64,000 nucleotides of DNA from Bryobacterales bacterium (GTDB lineage: Bacteria > Acidobacteriota > Terriglobia > Bryobacterales > UBA6623), in assembly GCA_965216215.1 (NCBI GenBank), contig CBDCFO010000006.1:89870-153869 (forward strand), written 5' to 3'. The first letter of the stretch is position 1, and every line of letters begins with the position of its first letter. A program made the translations under genes and the position numbers. This document shows positions 47,158 through 57,291 of the stretch, one piece after another. Below the pieces are notes generated by a model. It saw nothing but the letters and a program-made list of their open reading frames with translations, did no database searches and had not been told where the DNA came from.

Positions 47158-49983
47158 TCAGTCCACGTAGATGAAGTCGTTGGATGCCAGCAAGATCCGG
47201 CAATAGCTCTGCCACGCGTCTTGCGGTGTGGCATCCTCGAATCGCGACGAGAATCCCCCGACATAGGAGAGGCCTTGGTCCAGTTCTCCCGCGTCCGGCT
47301 TGCGGTTCAGCACTCTCAGGTAGGCATCCCGCACGCGTTCTACATCGGTCCATCCCTGCTCATCAAGCAACTGGCTGGCTAGGTTGCCGGCGCGCGCCGA
47401 CACGAAGTCGCTGTTCATCATGAACAGGGCCTGCGGAGCGACGTTGGTGACTGGGCGCTTGCCCAGCGATGTCACTGCATCTCCGAAATCGAAGAGATTG
47501 AGCAGGGTTGGGAGGTTCGCCCGTCGAAGCGGTAGATACACCATGCGCCTCGTCGATGTCGTTGGGTCGATGCTCAGGCGCGCGTTCGAGTTCTCGCCGT
47601 CCGTTCCGAAGCCCGACTGCAAGCTGCCACCCATGGTGTAGTCGATCGACTTGTCGATTGCCAGCATGCCGTCCCGCAATTCCTCGATGTCGAGCCGGCG
47701 GCGGCTGAAGCGCGAAAGCCACTGGTTCGAAGGGTCGGCTTGCACCGCAGCCTCGCTCGCTACACTGCTCATGCGGTAGGCGCTCGACAGCATGATGCGC
47801 CGGTGCATGTCCTTGATCGACCAGCCTCCCTCGACGAAACGGGTAGCGAGCCAGTCGAGCAGTTCGGGGTGCGTCGGAGGCGTGCCAAGCTTGCCGAAAT
47901 TGCTCGGCGTGCGCACAATGCCTTCGTCGAAGTGTTTCTGCCAGATCCGGTTGACCATCACCCGTGCGGTGAGCGGATTGGTCGGCGCGGCGATCCAATT
48001 GGCAAGCTCCAGTCTCCCGCTCCCCGAGGTGACGGGTTCCTGCGCGAAGCCGGCGATGATCGCCGGAAAAACTCTCGGAGCCAGCTCGCCTTCGGCACTG
48101 TAGTCCCCGCGAATGAAAACCCTCTGGTCGACAGGCTCGCCGTCCTCTACAGCGTTGGCCATCGGGGGCTCCGGTATGGCGTTGCTCTTGAGCTCTTTCA
48201 AATCCGCCTTCAACCGCGCGATTGTCTCGAGCGTCTCCGGCTGTAGAATGCGTTCGCGCGTCTCGCCTTCGAACCGCAGGGGTGCTTCCTTGGCGTGGTA
48301 CACGTCGAAGAAAAAGCGGTTCCGCCCGGGCTCGAAGCGAGGTTTGGGCTGTGGCGGCATGTTGCCGTCCTTGATCCGGGCGATGGTATTCTCTCGCCAG
48401 CGCCGGATCGTGTGGTGCCAGGCCTCGAGGGTCTGGCTGAATTGGCGCTCGTAGGCAGCGGCTACCTGTTCGCGCTGCGCTGGCATGGCCTCTCTCCACT
48501 CGGCCAACTGCACTCGCGGGGTTTCGCTCGGCTTGAGATAGGCGATCCATTTCTCCAGCTGGGGTTGGTTGAGGTTGCGGGCAGCGGCCAGCGCGCTCGC
48601 GTTGGCGCCATCCTCGTAGGCCTCGCGCGCTGCAAGCATGTACTCGTCGATCCGGTCTGCGATCGAGTCGATGTAGCGCTCGATCTCTTCGTCGGCCATG
48701 CTGTCTAGCTCGATCTGCTTGTTCTTGATGAGATCCTGTTGCGCCTCGTAGCGCTCGAACTCCTCCTGCGCGACGAGTGGCTTCAAGAGCATTCGCGAAA
48801 CGTGCGACTCGGGGTCTCGGAAGCTGCGCGTCGAGGCGAAGATACCGGACAGCGCGTAGTAATCTTTGGTAAGGATCGGGTCGAACTTATGGTCATGGCA
48901 CCGAGCGCAGGCGATCGTCAGGCCGAGCATAGACTTTGAAACGACCTCAATCTGCTCGTCGTAGACGTCGTACAGCATGCGCTTCTTGTCCTGTTGCGCG
49001 ATGGCCTTGGGCCCAAGCGCGAGGAATCCTGTGGCGACAATGCCGCGATGATTCACTGGGCTGGATCCCTCGGCAGGGAGCAGGTCGCCGGCGATTTGCT
49101 CACGTATGAACTGGTCGTACGGCATGTCGTCGTTGAATGCCTGAATCACGTAATCGCGGTATTTCCATGCGTAGGGATAGCGGTGATCCTCGTCGTTTCC
49201 TGTCGAGTCCGCGTAGCGCGCGACATCCAGCCAGTGGCGGCCCCAGCGCTCTCCGTAGAGCGGGGACGACAGCAGCCGCTCCACAACCCTATCGAACGCC
49301 TTAGGCGACTGGTCTGCAAGAAAGGCTTTCGCTTCCCGCGGAGTGGGCGGCACCCCTGTCAGGTCGAACGTCGCGCGCCTTAGCCATGTCAGCCTGTCGG
49401 CCGGCGGGACCGGAGCCAATCCCTGCTCCTCCATCTTGGCCAGGACGAACAAGTCGATAGAGTTGGTGGCCCAGCCGCGATCACGCACTTCGGGAATACC
49501 GGGGTCCGAGACCGGCTGGAACGCCCAGAAGTTCTTCTGCTCCTCTGTGAAGGTGCCCAACTGATGCTCCGGGATCAGCGCTTCCCGCTGTTCGGCTCCC
49601 GGCCAAGGGGCCCCTTGACTAACCCAGTTCGCCAAGATTGCAATCTCGGCAGGCGGGAGCTTTCCGCTCGGAGGCATTTTGATGCGCCCTTCGTAGCGGA
49701 TGATTGCCAGCAAGCGGCTTGATTCTGGTTCTTCAGGCGAAATCAGGGCGGCTTCGTCCCGCGCCTTGACAAAACCTTCGACTCCGGACAGGTCAATATT
49801 GCCACTCTTTAGCTGCGTGTTGTGGCAAACTTGACACTTTGCAGCAAGGACCGGTCTCACATGCTCTTCGAAGTAGTCCGTTCCCTCTTGCTCCGCGAGA
49901 GCAGGCAATGTCGTCAAGAATACCGTCAGGAAGCCTGCCAGCGCGACTCGGAAGTGCCGCTTCTTTCTAGTCTTGATCGCCAT
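47158..49983 (-). CDS. PSCyt/DUF1549/DUF1553 protein (planctomycete-type cytochrome-c-domain protein)
   Basis: Signal peptide, CQVCHN heme motif, DUF1549 (…RRATFDLTGVPPT…), CARCHDHKFDP and a DUF1553 tail. Paired with DUF1501 as usual. Confidence 0.9.
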   Translation of the reverse strand: MAIKTRKKRHFRVALAGFLTVFLTTLPALAEQEGTDYFEEHVRPVLAAKCQVCHNTQLKSGNIDLSGVEGFVKARDEAALISPEEPESSRLLAIIRYEGRIKMPPSGKLPPAEIAILANWVSQGAPWPGAEQREALIPEHQLGTFTEEQKNFWAFQPVSDPGIPEVRDRGWATNSIDLFVLAKMEEQGLAPVPPADRLTWLRRATFDLTGVPPTPREAKAFLADQSPKAFDRVVERLLSSPLYGERWGRHWLDVARYADSTGNDEDHRYPYAWKYRDYVIQAFNDDMPYDQFIREQIAGDLLPAEGSSPVNHRGIVATGFLALGPKAIAQQDKKRMLYDVYDEQIEVVSKSMLGLTIACARCHDHKFDPILTKDYYALSGIFASTRSFRDPESHVSRMLLKPLVAQEEFERYEAQQDLIKNKQIELDSMADEEIERYIDSIADRIDEYMLAAREAYEDGANASALAAARNLNQPQLEKWIAYLKPSETPRVQLAEWREAMPAQREQVAAAYERQFSQTLEAWHHTIRRWRENTIARIKDGNMPPQPKPRFEPGRNRFFFDVYHAKEAPLRFEGETRERILQPETLETIARLKADLKELKSNAIPEPPMANAVEDGEPVDQRVFIRGDYSAEGELAPRVFPAIIAGFAQEPVTSGSGRLELANWIAAPTNPLTARVMVNRIWQKHFDEGIVRTPSNFGKLGTPPTHPELLDWLATRFVEGGWSIKDMHRRIMLSSAYRMSSVASEAAVQADPSNQWLSRFSRRRLDIEELRDGMLAIDKSIDYTMGGSLQSGFGTDGENSNARLSIDPTTSTRRMVYLPLRRANLPTLLNLFDFGDAVTSLGKRPVTNVAPQALFMMNSDFVSARAGNLASQLLDEQGWTDVERVRDAYLRVLNRKPDAGELDQGLSYVGGFSSRFEDATPQDAWQSYCRILLASNDFIYVD

Positions 49984-50071
49984 TGGCCTGTATCAATCAC
50001 TATAGCGAACCACCCTATTCCACCTGCGGGGCTACGGGCGTTCCCCGGAGGTCTCTAGGCGGGCGCATTGG

Positions 50072-51304
50072 TTGAGATCAGGCCAGGTAGAGGTGGCGGC
50101 CGGTGCGGCCGTCGGGGGAGACCTAGTCGCGGTTGGTAGTGAGTTCGAGGCAGCTCCCGGCTTTGCGCCGGACGGCGAGCAGGTCGTCGTGGGCCCGGCC
50201 GGTCTCGGCAACACGATCGTGCCAACCCTTCGGTGGATTTCCGAAGGCTTGCTGATGGGGCGACCGATTGTACCGACGTTGGGCTGGGTCTGGGTGGTCG
50301 TCGCGCTGCTCGCGGCGGTGTACTTCGCTATCAATCTCATATTCGAGCGCCCGGTGCGGGCTTGTTCCGAATTTCTCGAGCAGAAGCCTCTGACCGCCGG
50401 CCTCACCGGCGTGTTAGCCCTAGTGCTGGTCACGCCCGTCTCCTTGCTCCTCGCGCTTTCGCTTGTCGGCGCGCCGCTCATTCCGTTTCTGTGGTTCGCC
50501 CTGCTTCTGGCCGGCGTTTTCGGGCGGGTTAGCGTTGCTCGCTGGCTGGGATGCAGGATGGTGGCCGAAGAGCCCCCCGGCGGCACTTGGCCGTCTTCTC
50601 GCTCGCTCCTTCTCGGCCTGGCCGTGATCTGCGTTGCATACATGATTCCAGTTATTGGACTCGTGGCGTGGTTCTCGATGGGGATTCTCGGACTCGGCGC
50701 GGTCACGGCCACGGCCGTCGCCGGCCTACGACGGGAATACCCGTCGTCCGCGCGACCTGCTGTCTCGGTACCTGCGTCGAAGAGGGTCAAGCCGGACGAG
50801 TGTTCCGCAGCCGCTCCCGCCGGTTCCTACCAAGTCGCGAGCTTCCTGCCCAGGCTCGGTGCGGTTCTCCTCGACATGATTCTGGTGACCCTTTGCACGG
50901 TGCCATTCGACATTGATGTGGAACTGGTCATCGTGATATTCCTGGCCTACCATGTGGCGTTTTGGGCGTGGAAGTCCACGACAGTGGGGGGCATTGTTTG
51001 CCAACTTCGGGTCGTGCGGTCGGATGGCGCACCGCGGACATTTGCCGACGCGCTCGTTCGCGGGCTTGCCAGCATCTTCTCGGCTGCGGTCGTGGGGCTG
51101 GGTTGGTTCTGGGCGCTGTGGGATCCGTCGCGCCAGTCGTGGCACGACAAGATCGCCAAGACCTACGTCGTGCGTGCGCAAGACCAGTCAATGCCTCCTG
51201 CGGAACCGGAGCCCGGTACTAGTGACCCGTTCGAGGCACCGTCGGAAACCGACGCCCTGCCTGCCGCCGATGTCCCGCAAGAGCCTCAGCGCAAAGATCA
51301 GTAG
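50072..51304 (+). CDS. Polytopic membrane protein with C-terminal RDD domain
   Basis: RDD-family segment (LPRLGAVLLDMILV...WHDKIAKTYVV). The start is uncertain (TTG 50072 or ATG 50255). Confidence 0.7.
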   Translation: MRSGQVEVAAGAAVGGDLVAVGSEFEAAPGFAPDGEQVVVGPAGLGNTIVPTLRWISEGLLMGRPIVPTLGWVWVVVALLAAVYFAINLIFERPVRACSEFLEQKPLTAGLTGVLALVLVTPVSLLLALSLVGAPLIPFLWFALLLAGVFGRVSVARWLGCRMVAEEPPGGTWPSSRSLLLGLAVICVAYMIPVIGLVAWFSMGILGLGAVTATAVAGLRREYPSSARPAVSVPASKRVKPDECSAAAPAGSYQVASFLPRLGAVLLDMILVTLCTVPFDIDVELVIVIFLAYHVAFWAWKSTTVGGIVCQLRVVRSDGAPRTFADALVRGLASIFSAAVVGLGWFWALWDPSRQSWHDKIAKTYVVRAQDQSMPPAEPEPGTSDPFEAPSETDALPAADVPQEPQRKDQ

Positions 51305-51357
51305 CGACGGCGAGTCATTCCCGCCCAAGCCACCCGGCTGATAGCTGTCGGACCCGT

Positions 51358-52794
51358 CTAAGGGGCAGGGGTCAGGAGACCTCGGATTACCGCCCACCCA
51401 AGGGGCCTGAGCCTAGTCGTCGCCTTGGTCCCGGATTGGAACTGCTCTGCGCTTTGCCGCAAGCGAGTGACGACTTCGGGATGCGACCCTGCGAGATCGA
51501 TCTCTTCCATCGGGTCTCGATCCAGGCGGTAAAGCCTGGGAGGGTCGATGCTGCGTGACTTGCGGGGGCGTCCCTGAGGGCCGATTGCTCGCTCCGTCAA
51601 ATGCAGTTTCCAGTTCTCGGACCGCACTGCGCTCACCTCGTTGCGGTGGCTGAAGAAAAACTCACGCTGAGGTGGCTGGGACTCCCCGAGCAGCAGCGGC
51701 AGGATGTCCGTGCCGTCGTACTCTCGCCCCTCGGGCAAGGCGGCACCCGCCAGCCCGCTTATGGTTGGAAAGAGGTCGAGGAGGGACGCTGCCCCGGCGC
51801 GTGCAACGCCGGACGGAAGGCGTCCAGGAGCCCAAGCAATCAACGGGACCCTCAGGCCGCCTTCCCAAGTTGTGCCTTTGAATCCTCGTAACCCTCCCGT
51901 CGAACCCCCTCTCGTTGACGCGTCCCCGAGCCAGGGCCCGTTGTCGCTCGTGAAGAACACATAGGTGTCTTCAGCCACGCCGGCCTTCCGAAGCTCTGCC
52001 ATCAGGTGCCCGATGCTCGCGTCCAATTCCTCGACCACGTCCCCGTATGGCCCGCGCTGAGACCGCCCGGTGAATTCCGGTGATGCGGCCAAGGGGATGT
52101 GCGGCATTGTGTAGGCGAGGTACAGGAAGAAAGGTGCATCGCGCTCGCGGTGGAGGAATTGAATCGCCCGGTGGGTGTACCGTCTCGTGAGCAGTCCCGT
52201 GTTTGCCGGTGACTCGATGGACCGGCTTCCGTCGAAGAGTTCGATTCGCGGCCAGTTGAAACGCTCCAGCCACACCATGTTGTTGCTGTACAGCACGCCG
52301 AAGAACTCATCGAAGCCGTGGTGTGGAGGACGGTGTTGCTTGCGGCCCCCCAAATGCCACTTGCCGACGCAGGCTGTCACGTACCCCAGGCCCTTGAGGT
52401 GCTCGGCCAGGGTTATCTCCTCGGCGGGCAGTCCTTGCACCTCCTTGGGTATGAACACGCGTGTCACCCCCGTGCGCAGCGGGTGGCGCCCGGTCAGCAG
52501 AGCGGCACGGGCGGGCGAGCAGGTTGGAGCCGGTGTGTAGAATTCTTCCAGTCGCACGCCTTCGGCCGCCAAGCGGTCGAGTGCGGGAGTGCGAATCTCG
52601 GTGCTGCCGTAACTACCTATGTCGCCGATGCCCAGATCGTCGGTGACGATCACGATGAAATTGGGCGCGCACAGAATCCTGGCGGGACCGATCGCAGCGA
52701 CAAGACCTAGCGCGGCCGCGAGACACTGTAGTTGCCTTGATCCCATCCGCGCCGACCGGACCGCTCGCTTGGATGCTTGATCGACGGAGGCCAT
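51358..52794 (-). CDS. Arylsulfatase (formylglycine-dependent)
   Basis: IVTDDLGIGD...PTCSPARAALLTGR (CxPxR). Signal peptide. An alternative start is at 52746. Confidence 0.88.
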   Translation of the reverse strand: MASVDQASKRAVRSARMGSRQLQCLAAALGLVAAIGPARILCAPNFIVIVTDDLGIGDIGSYGSTEIRTPALDRLAAEGVRLEEFYTPAPTCSPARAALLTGRHPLRTGVTRVFIPKEVQGLPAEEITLAEHLKGLGYVTACVGKWHLGGRKQHRPPHHGFDEFFGVLYSNNMVWLERFNWPRIELFDGSRSIESPANTGLLTRRYTHRAIQFLHRERDAPFFLYLAYTMPHIPLAASPEFTGRSQRGPYGDVVEELDASIGHLMAELRKAGVAEDTYVFFTSDNGPWLGDASTRGGSTGGLRGFKGTTWEGGLRVPLIAWAPGRLPSGVARAGAASLLDLFPTISGLAGAALPEGREYDGTDILPLLLGESQPPQREFFFSHRNEVSAVRSENWKLHLTERAIGPQGRPRKSRSIDPPRLYRLDRDPMEEIDLAGSHPEVVTRLRQSAEQFQSGTKATTRLRPLGWAVIRGLLTPAP

Positions 52795-52798
52795 CCCG

Positions 52799-54052
52799 TC
52801 ATTCGCGGAAATCGCGGAATCGCTTGGCCTTGGCCTGCCAGCGCGGCAGGCTGTCGCGCGGAACGCTGCGGACCCTGACACGCACTCCAAACGAATTTCG
52901 GACATCCTCGGCAATTGTCCGGCAAGCCGAAGGTGTCCCCTCGACCTCGACCTCGACTTCGTCCATGGCATTCTCGCGCGTCACGGTGATGCGGAACTCG
53001 GTTGCGCCCGTCTCGCGCCGCACTGCCTCCTCGATCGCGGACGGGTGCAGGTTCACCCCCCGGATTAGCATCATGTGGTCGGCGCGGCCCAGAATGCCGC
53101 CCTCCAGCAGGAGTCCCTCAGGGACGCGCTTGGGACGAACCAAGTCGCCCGTCCGGTAGCGGATCACCGGATTTCCTAGCCGTCCGAGGTTCGTCATCAC
53201 GAGTTCGCCTGTTTGTCCCTCGGCAACGGGCTGGTCATCGCCCACCCCGAGCACTTCTGCGATGAACTCGCGTTCATTGACGAATACCCCCCGGCCATGG
53301 GGGCAGGGGATGCCGTATGCGCCGACCTCGCTGGCCCCGGCGTGATCAAATACATCCGCTTTCCATGCCTCGGCGATCCGCCCTCGGACGACGGGCAGGC
53401 TGCCGCCTGGCTCGCCCGCGAGAATCACGCTTCGAATCGAGGATCCCGCGATGTCGATTCCTTCGTGCTCGGCGGTTTCCGCCATGCGCAACGCGTAGGA
53501 CGGCGTGCTGAAGAGCAAGGTACAGGCGGTCTCCTGAAGCAGCCTCAGGCGGCGCGCCGTGCTGGCGCCTCCGCCAGGGACTGTGAGCAGGTTCCGGCGA
53601 ACAACCGCGTCGTGCGCTGACCAGAAGCCGATGAACGGTGCGTACGAGAACGCGAAGAATGCCCGGTCGTCGTTGCTGACGCCACAGGAGTCCAAGACGC
53701 CATCCCAGCAGTCGCACCACCATTCCCAGCTCTCCGGTGTGTCCAACACCGGCAAGGGCTTGCCAATCGTCCCCGAAGTCTGGTGAATCCGGGCGTAGAA
53801 TTCAAACGGATACGTCAGGTTTGTGCCGAACGGCGGGTTTTCCTGCAGGTCCCGCGAGAGATCCTGGTTCGACGTAAGCGGCAGGTTCCGGAAGGCCTCG
53901 GAATCGACTGGAGCAGCGGACTTACCCAACCGCCGCTGCCAGAACGAGTTGCTCGCAATGACTTCCTCAAGCATGCTCCCGAACCGGGCCAGCCGATCCC
54001 AGCGGTGGAGATCGGCCTCGCCAGCGAGGCCGTTTGTCGGGCCTTGCTGCAT
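52799..54052 (-). CDS. Phenylacetate-CoA-ligase / F390-synthetase-like adenylating enzyme
   Basis: HQTSGTIGKPL P-loop, ILAGEPGG, YRTGD and LIRGVNLHP motifs. ATG 54052 shares one nt with the feoB stop. Confidence 0.8.
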   Translation of the reverse strand: MQQGPTNGLAGEADLHRWDRLARFGSMLEEVIASNSFWQRRLGKSAAPVDSEAFRNLPLTSNQDLSRDLQENPPFGTNLTYPFEFYARIHQTSGTIGKPLPVLDTPESWEWWCDCWDGVLDSCGVSNDDRAFFAFSYAPFIGFWSAHDAVVRRNLLTVPGGGASTARRLRLLQETACTLLFSTPSYALRMAETAEHEGIDIAGSSIRSVILAGEPGGSLPVVRGRIAEAWKADVFDHAGASEVGAYGIPCPHGRGVFVNEREFIAEVLGVGDDQPVAEGQTGELVMTNLGRLGNPVIRYRTGDLVRPKRVPEGLLLEGGILGRADHMMLIRGVNLHPSAIEEAVRRETGATEFRITVTRENAMDEVEVEVEGTPSACRTIAEDVRNSFGVRVRVRSVPRDSLPRWQAKAKRFRDFRE

Positions 54053-55437
54053 TAGAGGAGCAGCCGGCTCGCCTGCGCGGTGAGGAAGCAAACAGTGAAG
54101 GCGATCACCAGTGGCATCAGCCCCCCGAGAGTAGTCCACTTGACGCTCCGGGTCTCTTTCCAAATGGTGAGGATGGTGGTTGCACAGGGGTTATGAAGTA
54201 ACGAAAACAGCATTAGGTTGACGGCCGTGAGCATTGTCCAGCCGTGCTGGTCCACAAGCACGACCTGAATTTGATCGTAGGCTGTGACATCCATCATCAT
54301 ACTGGCACCGAGGTAGCACATCAGCATCGTCGGCACGACGATTTCGTTCGCCGGGATCGCGATGATGTATGCCAGCAGGATGACCCCGTCCAGCCCGATG
54401 GCCTGTCCGACCGGCCCCAGTGCTTCGATAGCGTGGGTTGCTAGGCTTTGGTCACCGGCGTGGACGTTTGCCAGAATCCATATCACGGCCCCAGCAGGCG
54501 CGGCTGTCAGCATGGCCCGACCCAGCACGAATATCGTGCGGTCGATGAGCGAAGTGTACAGGATTCGCAACACGCTCGGACGCCGGTAGGGAGGCAGCTC
54601 CAGCGTGAATGCCGATGCCTCGCCCGCGAGCACAGTGCGCGATAGCGCCCACGAGACGGCCAAGGTGAATCCGACCCCCAGCAGGACTACCGCGACTACC
54701 GCGCCGGCTGCGGCCAAGGATGCCAAAGCTGGTGGGAACGCCGCGGCGACGAAGATAACCGCGAGCATGATCAGGGTCGGAAAGCGGCCGTTGCAAGGGA
54801 CGAAATTGTTTGTCAGGATGGCGATCAGCCGCTCGCGCGGAGAGTCGATGATACGGGTCGAGGTGATGGCGGCGGCGTTGCAGCCGAAGCCCATCGCCAT
54901 GGTCAGGGCTTGCTTGCCGTGCGCTCCGGCCTTGCGGAAGAGCCAGTCCAGGTTGAATGCAACCCGCGGGAGGTAGCCCAGGTCTTCCAAAATAGTGAAG
55001 GCGGGGAAGAATACCGCCATGGGTGGCAGCATGACGCTGACGACCCACGCAAGGCCCCTGAAGACGCCGTGCCAGACCAGCCCGGTCAGCCACCAGGGGG
55101 CACCGAGGTCCTCGAACCAACCCGCCGCTACGCTCTCGAACCCGAAGAACGCGTTTGCGAGCATCTGGGACGGGACATTGGCGGCTTGGATCGTTATCCA
55201 AAACACCACGCCTAGCAGGAGCATCATTAGCGGCAGTCCGAGCCACCGAGAGGTGAGAAGCCGATCAATTCGCTGGTCGAAGTCCCACTTGCCCGCCCCC
55301 GTCTCGCGAACCGAGCGCGACACGAGTTGCTCGGCATGCTCGTAAGCTGCAGTCACCATCCGGTCGCGGAACCCGCCGCCCAGGTCTCGGCGCAGCTGGT
55401 CGCTCAGGTCTAGAACCGATTGGGCGGAGGGAGGCAT
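54052..55437 (-). CDS. feoB: FeoB membrane (gate/permease) portion, encoded separately
   Basis: TSRWLGLPLMMLLLGVVFWI... multi-pass region typical of the FeoB C-terminal two thirds. Confidence 0.85.
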   Translation of the reverse strand: MPPSAQSVLDLSDQLRRDLGGGFRDRMVTAAYEHAEQLVSRSVRETGAGKWDFDQRIDRLLTSRWLGLPLMMLLLGVVFWITIQAANVPSQMLANAFFGFESVAAGWFEDLGAPWWLTGLVWHGVFRGLAWVVSVMLPPMAVFFPAFTILEDLGYLPRVAFNLDWLFRKAGAHGKQALTMAMGFGCNAAAITSTRIIDSPRERLIAILTNNFVPCNGRFPTLIMLAVIFVAAAFPPALASLAAAGAVVAVVLLGVGFTLAVSWALSRTVLAGEASAFTLELPPYRRPSVLRILYTSLIDRTIFVLGRAMLTAAPAGAVIWILANVHAGDQSLATHAIEALGPVGQAIGLDGVILLAYIIAIPANEIVVPTMLMCYLGASMMMDVTAYDQIQVVLVDQHGWTMLTAVNLMLFSLLHNPCATTILTIWKETRSVKWTTLGGLMPLVIAFTVCFLTAQASRLLL

Positions 55438-55441
55438 CGTT

Positions 55442-56260
55442 CTACAGGTTGCCTGAGATCGCTGTGATTCGGCTGGGTCGGGAAAGCGCGGGCTGTCTTT
55501 GCCGGCTCGCCATCTCCGTCAGTTCGCCGGAAAGCAGCGCTTCGCGGACCCTGTGGTCGCCGTCAAGCAGGCGTAGGGCGACCCAGCGGGCGTTCGGCAC
55601 GCCGGGTGCGAGATCCTCGATCAGGGGCACGAGGCTTTCGACCGCCTCTTTGACCTGCGGTGGGGGCTCTACGCGGAGTGGCGCAGTTCTAGTCTCGCCG
55701 CTGATCACGTCGGCAACCGTCGAAACAAGATCCCGCATGCCTTGCTTTTTGGGGGCCACGGTCGGGACGACCGGAACCCCGAGATCGCGGGACAGGCTCC
55801 TGACGTCTACGTCCAGCCCCTTGCGAGCCGCTTCGTCCATCAGGTTGACGCACACGACCGCACGTTCGGTGATCTCCAAGACCTGCAGCACTAGGTTGAG
55901 ATTGCGTTCGAGGGCAGTCGCATCGGTGACGACGACCGTACAGTCGGGCTGGCCGAACAGCAAGAAGTTGCGGCTGATCTCCTCGTCCTCAGAGGCCGAC
56001 AGCAGCGAGTATGTTCCAGGCAGGTCCACCAGCTTGAAGCGTTTGCCTCCGAAAGCGAAGGCGCCTTCTGCTCGTGTGACCGTCTTGCCGCTCCAATTGC
56101 CAACGTGCTGCCGCAATCCTGTCAGGGCATTGAATACAGATGACTTGCCCGTGTTCGGGTTGCCGGCCAGCGCGACGACATGATCGCAACGGCCGATGTC
56201 GACGCCCATCGCAGCGAGCTGCGCATGTTCGGGGCAGGTCCCGCAATCATGGGCGATCAC
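55442..56260 (-). CDS. feoB: FeoB N-terminal GTPase (G-domain plus helical domain), encoded separately
   Basis: G1 GNPNTGKSS, G3 DLPGTYS and G4-like NLMD. It ends 4 nt before the membrane ORF, in a different frame. Confidence 0.85.
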   Translation of the reverse strand: MIAHDCGTCPEHAQLAAMGVDIGRCDHVVALAGNPNTGKSSVFNALTGLRQHVGNWSGKTVTRAEGAFAFGGKRFKLVDLPGTYSLLSASEDEEISRNFLLFGQPDCTVVVTDATALERNLNLVLQVLEITERAVVCVNLMDEAARKGLDVDVRSLSRDLGVPVVPTVAPKKQGMRDLVSTVADVISGETRTAPLRVEPPPQVKEAVESLVPLIEDLAPGVPNARWVALRLLDGDHRVREALLSGELTEMASRQRQPALSRPSRITAISGNL

Positions 56261-57291
56261 GATTGCACCTCGGTCCCGGACCGACCGGCCACTGGACGGA
56301 TCCAGACCTGCTCGGCTTGCTGGTTGCGCAGCGCGACCGTCGTGCCGCGGATGCGAAATGCTCTCGGATCACCGAAGGCGGTTTCGAGGGCCACTTCCAC
56401 GCATGCGCCGGGCGTGAGGCCAAGGTCCAAGAGGCGCCTCCTCGAAAAGCCGACGCAAGCAGGTCCCAATTCGACAACCTCTCCGCGACCACCCAGAGGT
56501 AGATTGGATAGCCGCACCGCATCGGGTGGGGGAAGGTCTTCTTCGCGAACTGCTGAAACCTGCACGTTTGCGGCGACGGCCGGTTCGATGCGGCGCTCGG
56601 ATCCTTCCACTGCGACGACCAACCGCTCCGGTGCCGTCTCGAGGACGCGGATAACTTGTGAGGGACGCAAGCCAGCTGCCAGCACCTGCTGGAAGACCGG
56701 GTCGGGCTCATCCTCTATATGCGCAATCCGAGCTGGCTCTCCGACGGGCCACTCGGTGAGGCTGACAGCGTCGACCGAGGCCAGCCGCCCGTCTGCGCCC
56801 GGAATCGGGTCGCCGTGCGGATCGTGCTGCGGGTGGCCGAGGTGCGCGTCGAGTTTCTCGATCTGGTCGCTGGTGAGGGTGTGCTCGGCGTTTTCGGCAA
56901 CTAGGTGAAGCCGCGCCATCGGCATGTTGGCGTCATCTGATAGGTGGCGCTCCCACAAGCGGTGTGCACGCACAACCTGCAATGCCCTCCGCTCGCCGCC
57001 AGGCGTCAGAGCGATGCCCGCGGATCTGCTGCGGACCCAGCCGGCCTGTTCCATGCGGGTTGCGAGTCGGAGCGTGGCCGGGGCCGACATTCCGAGAGCG
57101 CCGGCGAGTGACTCCAAGCTAGCGAGCTTCGAGCGGTGCTGCCAAGCCAGGATGTGCTTCAACGCGTCTTCGGATCTCGCGCGCTCGCGGTCGTCGCGGA
57201 GTTTCCGCCACAGGGCCACGAGTCCGAAGCGAGGTGCCGCCAGCGCAACTGCGCCCAAAGCGAGGCCCAGCACTAAGCCGACAGTGCTCAT
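56257..57291 (-). CDS. Membrane-anchored DtxR-like regulator fused to two FeoA (SH3-like) domains
   Basis: N-terminal TM helix (VGLVLGLALGAVALAAP), DtxR wHTH plus dimerisation region (HRLWERHL...HPQHDPHGDPIP), then two FeoA-like segments. The stop overlaps the feoB-G start. Confidence 0.75.
   Translation of the reverse strand: MSTVGLVLGLALGAVALAAPRFGLVALWRKLRDDRERARSEDALKHILAWQHRSKLASLESLAGALGMSAPATLRLATRMEQAGWVRSRSAGIALTPGGERRALQVVRAHRLWERHLSDDANMPMARLHLVAENAEHTLTSDQIEKLDAHLGHPQHDPHGDPIPGADGRLASVDAVSLTEWPVGEPARIAHIEDEPDPVFQQVLAAGLRPSQVIRVLETAPERLVVAVEGSERRIEPAVAANVQVSAVREEDLPPPDAVRLSNLPLGGRGEVVELGPACVGFSRRRLLDLGLTPGACVEVALETAFGDPRAFRIRGTTVALRNQQAEQVWIRPVAGRSGTEVQS

Noticed and set aside
47363-48550. 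395-aa minus-strand ORF overlapping the DUF1553 gene
   Set aside because: It is an alternative frame of the 941-aa PSCyt/DUF1549/DUF1553 gene, which has clear motifs. The overlapping ORF is Arg-rich and featureless.
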